From positions 1 through 26,399 of the IMG/VR virus record IMGVR_UViG_3300005611_000171: 26,399 nt of DNA. The stretch is one strand, 5' to 3'. The position numbers and the translations under genes are program-made. Source of the DNA: a virus. Its lineage: Duplodnaviria > Caudoviricetes. Every line of letters begins with the position of its first letter. The first letter of the stretch is position 1. The notes under the pieces were generated by a model that was given only the letters and a program-made list of their open reading frames with translations, did no database searches and was not told the DNA's origin. Positions 22,675 to 26,399 of this stretch are shown here, piece by piece.

Positions 22675-25134
22675 ATGGCTGATGAAGTACAAGATCTTGG
22701 CCAGGATATTATCGATACCGTAACTGATCCACAGGTAATTGTCACAACGGCAATTGTTTTTTTGGCTACTGGCTATTTGAATCCTTTAGAAGGCGGTGGC
22801 TTTAACTGGGCGGCGGCAACAACATCCGGGACTATCTATGTTGGTGGCGCGGCTGCGTCAAGGGCATTAGCTCCAGACTTAAACGCATTAGGTGGTTTTA
22901 GCGCAGATTCTCTCAACCAAAGAGGAAGAAATATACAGTTCAAGTCGCCAATCGCGGCTAGACAGATCGTTTATGGGCAAGCAAGGGTTTCAGGCCCAAT
23001 CCTTTGGATAGATACTAAAGCAGGGTCAAACAACAACGTCTTACAAATGATCATAGCAATCAATGGTAGAGAGTCTGAGCATGTTTTGGCTCATTACGGA
23101 AACGACAATTTGCTCAGAGAGTATGGCAGTCAATCAACGCAAGATGCGAATCAGTGGTCAGTCGCTGGTAATACTGAATTTGGGGATAGACTGTTAGGCG
23201 CGGGAGGTGGGTATGGTGGCTACATGGAGGTGCAGATACACAATGGAGGGGCTGATGCTGTCACAACTAACGAAAATTTCCCTTATCCTCAATTAGCGAA
23301 CTGGAACTTCCGTCAAAATGCGACGATTGATGGTGTAATCATCAATGAACAAGATTGGAAGTATGAGGGAATCACCTACGCTTATATTGAAATGACATAT
23401 GATGCGACTGTTTACAAAGAAGGTGTTCCAGCGCATACCTTTGAGGTCAAAGGCGCTCAACTGTTTGATCCAAGAGATAACAGAACGCGATGGTCAAACA
23501 ATCCTGCCCTAGTCATAAGGGATTATCTTACAAATACCACATACGGTCTAAATGTACCTGAATCAGCAATTGATGACGCATCTTTCATCGCGGCGGCTAA
23601 TACGTGCGAGGAAACTGTGGATGGTGAAAATCGATACGAGATTAATGGTGTAGTCGATACGTCAAGAGCGCCAAAGGCAATCATAGAAGACATGCTGACA
23701 GCATGTGTCGGGGCTTTGATTTTTACTGGCGGCAAATATCGATTGTTGGTAGGAGATTATCAAACACCTACTAAAACAATCACTAAAGACATGATCGTTT
23801 CACCGATTAGTATTTCGACAAAAAACCCAGCCAGAAACCAAGTCAATTTGGTCAAAGGTACGTTCAGAGATAAAGATCAAGACTACTTGACTACAGATTT
23901 CACACCGATCACCGATAGCGTTTATTTCTTTGAAGATAACGCAGAGCCTAGCTTTATTGATCTAACCCTGCCATTCACTACGTCAAAATCGATGGCCGAA
24001 AGAATTGCATTGATCACTCTAAGACAGTTACGCAATGAGAAAACTTTATCAATGAGTTTGAACCTTGAAGGTTTCGATATTGATGTAGGAGACACAGTTT
24101 ATTTTTCAGATGATCGGATTGGATTTGATCAGGCAACATTTCAATGCATAAGTTGGGAATTGACGCAGGATGGCAAAATTCCTCGCGTCAACATTGCTTT
24201 GCGTGAGACTACCCCTAGCCTTTTTGATACTACGGTTGAGGTAGAACCAATCACCCGTAATGCAAAAGATTATGCAACCTATTCTATCGCCGTGGAGACG
24301 TATCTTGCCAATGACTTAGACCTTGAAACTATTTTCGGCGCGTATTGGACTCAAGACATCAGAAAAGAGTTTTTAATCCCTGACGATGTAAGTGTTTGGT
24401 CAAGTTACGTAGACGATCCTTCATGGAGTTCTAGCGACACACTAGACAGTTACACGGCGGCTGAAAAAACTAGAGCTAGCGCCTGTATTAAAATTCCGGC
24501 GAATCTTGCTGGTGAACTCACCATCAGAAATCGCGGAGAAATTAAGGCTCGCGGCGGAACTGGTGGCTACTCTTATTCCGATTTTAATGGCTATTTCCTG
24601 AATTATGCCGCTGAAGGTGGTAAAGGTGGAGACGCTTTTTGGTGGGAAACTTCATCAAGTGATGACAGGCCAACAAACCCAGGGACTGTTTTAATAGTCA
24701 ATGATGGAACAATCTTGGCCGGTGGCGGCGGAGGAATGGGCTATCGACACAATAATTCGGTCACTTTGTCTGGTATAGCTCAAGGCGCTCTTGGGGCAGG
24801 CTCAATAGAAAACTCGACTGCTAGCCGTACAACTATCGGGCCATTTCAAGGGACATATTACAGAGGCGGCCAAGGCAGTCTATTTGGCGGCGATGGAAAA
24901 AGAGCGGAGACTACCCCTACTGGTTTGAATTGGACTGAATTCGGCCCGCAAGCAGATAACAATGGTGAGTTGATACGTGTTGATTCAAACGAGTTTGAGG
25001 ACACTAGCTTTAACTCAGTCAACTACATTCAAGACGCTGATCAGAAAACCAGAATTAAGATCAATAATAAAGGTACAATTACAGCAGGAACACATAACGC
25101 ATTTTCAACGATTACTGATTTGTTTGTGGAGTAA
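22675..25134 (+). CDS. Tail tip / host-specificity protein (lambda J / GTA-tail-like)
   Basis: IVYGQARVSG, VKG..LFDPR, WSNNPALVIRDYL...YGL, LPFTTS...AERIA. Gly-rich C-terminal domain. Confidence 0.8.
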   Translation: MADEVQDLGQDIIDTVTDPQVIVTTAIVFLATGYLNPLEGGGFNWAAATTSGTIYVGGAAASRALAPDLNALGGFSADSLNQRGRNIQFKSPIAARQIVYGQARVSGPILWIDTKAGSNNNVLQMIIAINGRESEHVLAHYGNDNLLREYGSQSTQDANQWSVAGNTEFGDRLLGAGGGYGGYMEVQIHNGGADAVTTNENFPYPQLANWNFRQNATIDGVIINEQDWKYEGITYAYIEMTYDATVYKEGVPAHTFEVKGAQLFDPRDNRTRWSNNPALVIRDYLTNTTYGLNVPESAIDDASFIAAANTCEETVDGENRYEINGVVDTSRAPKAIIEDMLTACVGALIFTGGKYRLLVGDYQTPTKTITKDMIVSPISISTKNPARNQVNLVKGTFRDKDQDYLTTDFTPITDSVYFFEDNAEPSFIDLTLPFTTSKSMAERIALITLRQLRNEKTLSMSLNLEGFDIDVGDTVYFSDDRIGFDQATFQCISWELTQDGKIPRVNIALRETTPSLFDTTVEVEPITRNAKDYATYSIAVETYLANDLDLETIFGAYWTQDIRKEFLIPDDVSVWSSYVDDPSWSSSDTLDSYTAAEKTRASACIKIPANLAGELTIRNRGEIKARGGTGGYSYSDFNGYFLNYAAEGGKGGDAFWWETSSSDDRPTNPGTVLIVNDGTILAGGGGGMGYRHNNSVTLSGIAQGALGAGSIENSTASRTTIGPFQGTYYRGGQGSLFGGDGKRAETTPTGLNWTEFGPQADNNGELIRVDSNEFEDTSFNSVNYIQDADQKTRIKINNKGTITAGTHNAFSTITDLFVE

Positions 25135-25136
25135 AT

Positions 25137-25475
25137 ATGGCTGAAACATACAAACTTGTTCAAGGCGATACTGCGCCACAGATTAAGGTCACGCTTACTC
25201 GATCAGACACAGGCAGCGCGATTGATCTGACTGAAGCATCTACGTGCCAACTGCACTTCAGAAAGAAAGGTGCATCGAGCGTACTGTTCTCGCTATCAAA
25301 CGCTAGCGGTGAAGTTGACCAGGCGGCAGGGATAGCGATCTTTGCTTTCTCTGGCAGTCAACTCGACATCAATCCTGGGAACTATGAAGGCGAGGTTGAA
25401 GTCGTATTCACCTCTGGCGTTCGTGAGACAGTTTACGAGACGCTAGATTTCGTATTACGTGCTGACTTTGCATGA
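25137..25475 (+). CDS. BppU N-terminal-like baseplate / fibre adaptor
   Basis: LVQGDT.P...TL....G.AIDLT, G.YEGEVEV.F..G..ET motifs. Confidence 0.7.
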   Translation: MAETYKLVQGDTAPQIKVTLTRSDTGSAIDLTEASTCQLHFRKKGASSVLFSLSNASGEVDQAAGIAIFAFSGSQLDINPGNYEGEVEVVFTSGVRETVYETLDFVLRADFA

Positions 25476-26395
25476 GCATCAAGCGATCAGTCATCTTTGA
25501 CCGTATCCTATCGGCCATCGGGTTTGATCGCGCTAAAGCCTCTGTCACATTCTCCAGACTCAAATCATCAACTGTATTCTCTAGCCTATCTGCTGCTGTC
25601 GTTCTGGCAAAACTGCAAGCTGAAGTCGTCATCGGGTTCTTCTACCGCTTACTGAACCTGACTGATACCACAAATGTATCTGAGAGCGATTCTAAGGCCG
25701 TTGGTAAGGTTTTATCGGATTCATCATCGGTTAGTGAGTCAGAGGTCAGGTCAGTCGGTAAAGGGCTTTCTGACACTTCTGCTATCTCTGAGGCTGAAGT
25801 CCGTGATTTTGGCAAATCGCTCAGTGACTCATCAAGCGTCTCAGACGATGACACCATCCAGTTCGGCAAAGGATTATCTGACAATGCGTATTTAGCAGAA
25901 GATTCTACCTTTGCGTTTGGTAAGAGTATTTCTGATTCGGTTGGCGTGACTGATGACGTAGACGGAGAAGCATCTGTTCTTGATGACCAAGAGATGCAGT
26001 TCTTCAAGACTGTCAGCAATGTGAGTCGCATCAGTGAGGTATTTACACGGATTGTTTCGTACTTCAGATCGTTCACGGACTCATCAACTGTCACTGACAA
26101 CGAAACCATACAATTTGGCAAAGCTGCATCGGAATCTCCATCTGTTTCTGAAGATAGCCAATTTGCGATAGGTAAGTTGAATGCTGACCAGGCAACGATC
26201 TTAGAATCCCATCAACTGCAATTGACGAAATTAAGAACTGAAATTGCTGTTGTCACTGAATCCGCGCTAAAATTAGCAGGAAAATCAGCCAGTGATAGTG
26301 CATCGGCAACTGACTCTGGTTCATATCGAGGGCAGGGTTACTGCTCATTTGACTATTTTGCCGAAGATTATGTCGGCTTCTCAGGAACATTCTAG
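25472..26395 (+). CDS. Repeat-rich putative tail fibre / virion protein
   Basis: Ser/Asp-rich 18-aa repeats with GK..SD.S.VS. C-terminus GYC..DYFAEDYVG. Followed by an RBS (AGGAGA) at the window edge. Confidence 0.65.
   Translation: MSIKRSVIFDRILSAIGFDRAKASVTFSRLKSSTVFSSLSAAVVLAKLQAEVVIGFFYRLLNLTDTTNVSESDSKAVGKVLSDSSSVSESEVRSVGKGLSDTSAISEAEVRDFGKSLSDSSSVSDDDTIQFGKGLSDNAYLAEDSTFAFGKSISDSVGVTDDVDGEASVLDDQEMQFFKTVSNVSRISEVFTRIVSYFRSFTDSSTVTDNETIQFGKAASESPSVSEDSQFAIGKLNADQATILESHQLQLTKLRTEIAVVTESALKLAGKSASDSASATDSGSYRGQGYCSFDYFAEDYVGFSGTF
25682..25951 (+). repeat. Five degenerate 54-nt (18-aa) coding repeats
   Basis: ESDSKAVGKVLSDSSSVS / ESEVRSVGKGLSDTSAIS / EAEVRDFGKSLSDSSSVS / DDDTIQFGKGLSDNAYLA / EDSTFAFGKSISDSVGVT. 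Confidence 0.8.
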
Positions 26396-26399
26396 GAGA

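Noticed and set aside
25682-25951. CRISPR array or diversity-generating retroelement repeats
   Set aside because: The repeats are degenerate and conserved at protein level, with no constant repeat-spacer pattern and no cas or reverse transcriptase gene in the window.
11795-26121. Long antisense ORFs opposite terL, scaffold, capsid, tape measure and the repeat protein
   Set aside because: These are shadow frames expected from codon bias of the real plus-strand genes, with no independent motifs.

Overview
Most of a tailed dsDNA phage genome (siphovirus-like gene set) with every credible CDS on the + strand. Gene order: lysis (holin, M15 peptidase endolysin), HTH-metallophosphoesterase, recombination (ERF, YqaJ exonuclease, SSB-like, NinB, NinG), small HTH and zinc-finger genes, a ~410-nt structured non-coding leader, nuclease, SF2 helicase, stand-alone CHC2 zinc finger, DUF3310, ParB-methyltransferase, terminase, portal, head, neck, tail tube, frameshifted tail chaperones, tape measure and tail tip. 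No integrase, CI-type repressor, DNA polymerase, tRNA or CRISPR was seen. The most interesting signal is non-coding. (1) A ~44-nt minus-strand transcription unit (extended -10, hairpin, terminator) has a loop, GUUCGCUCCA, complementary to an extended GGAGCGAA ribosome-binding motif shared by several phage genes. (2) There is a second, CU-rich candidate sRNA. (3) A promoter-driven structured leader has mutually exclusive pairings. (4) A palindromic operator-like motif occurs three times. (5) An RBS-sequestering hairpin overlaps a promoter. Family calls come from motif recognition by eye, not from database searches.
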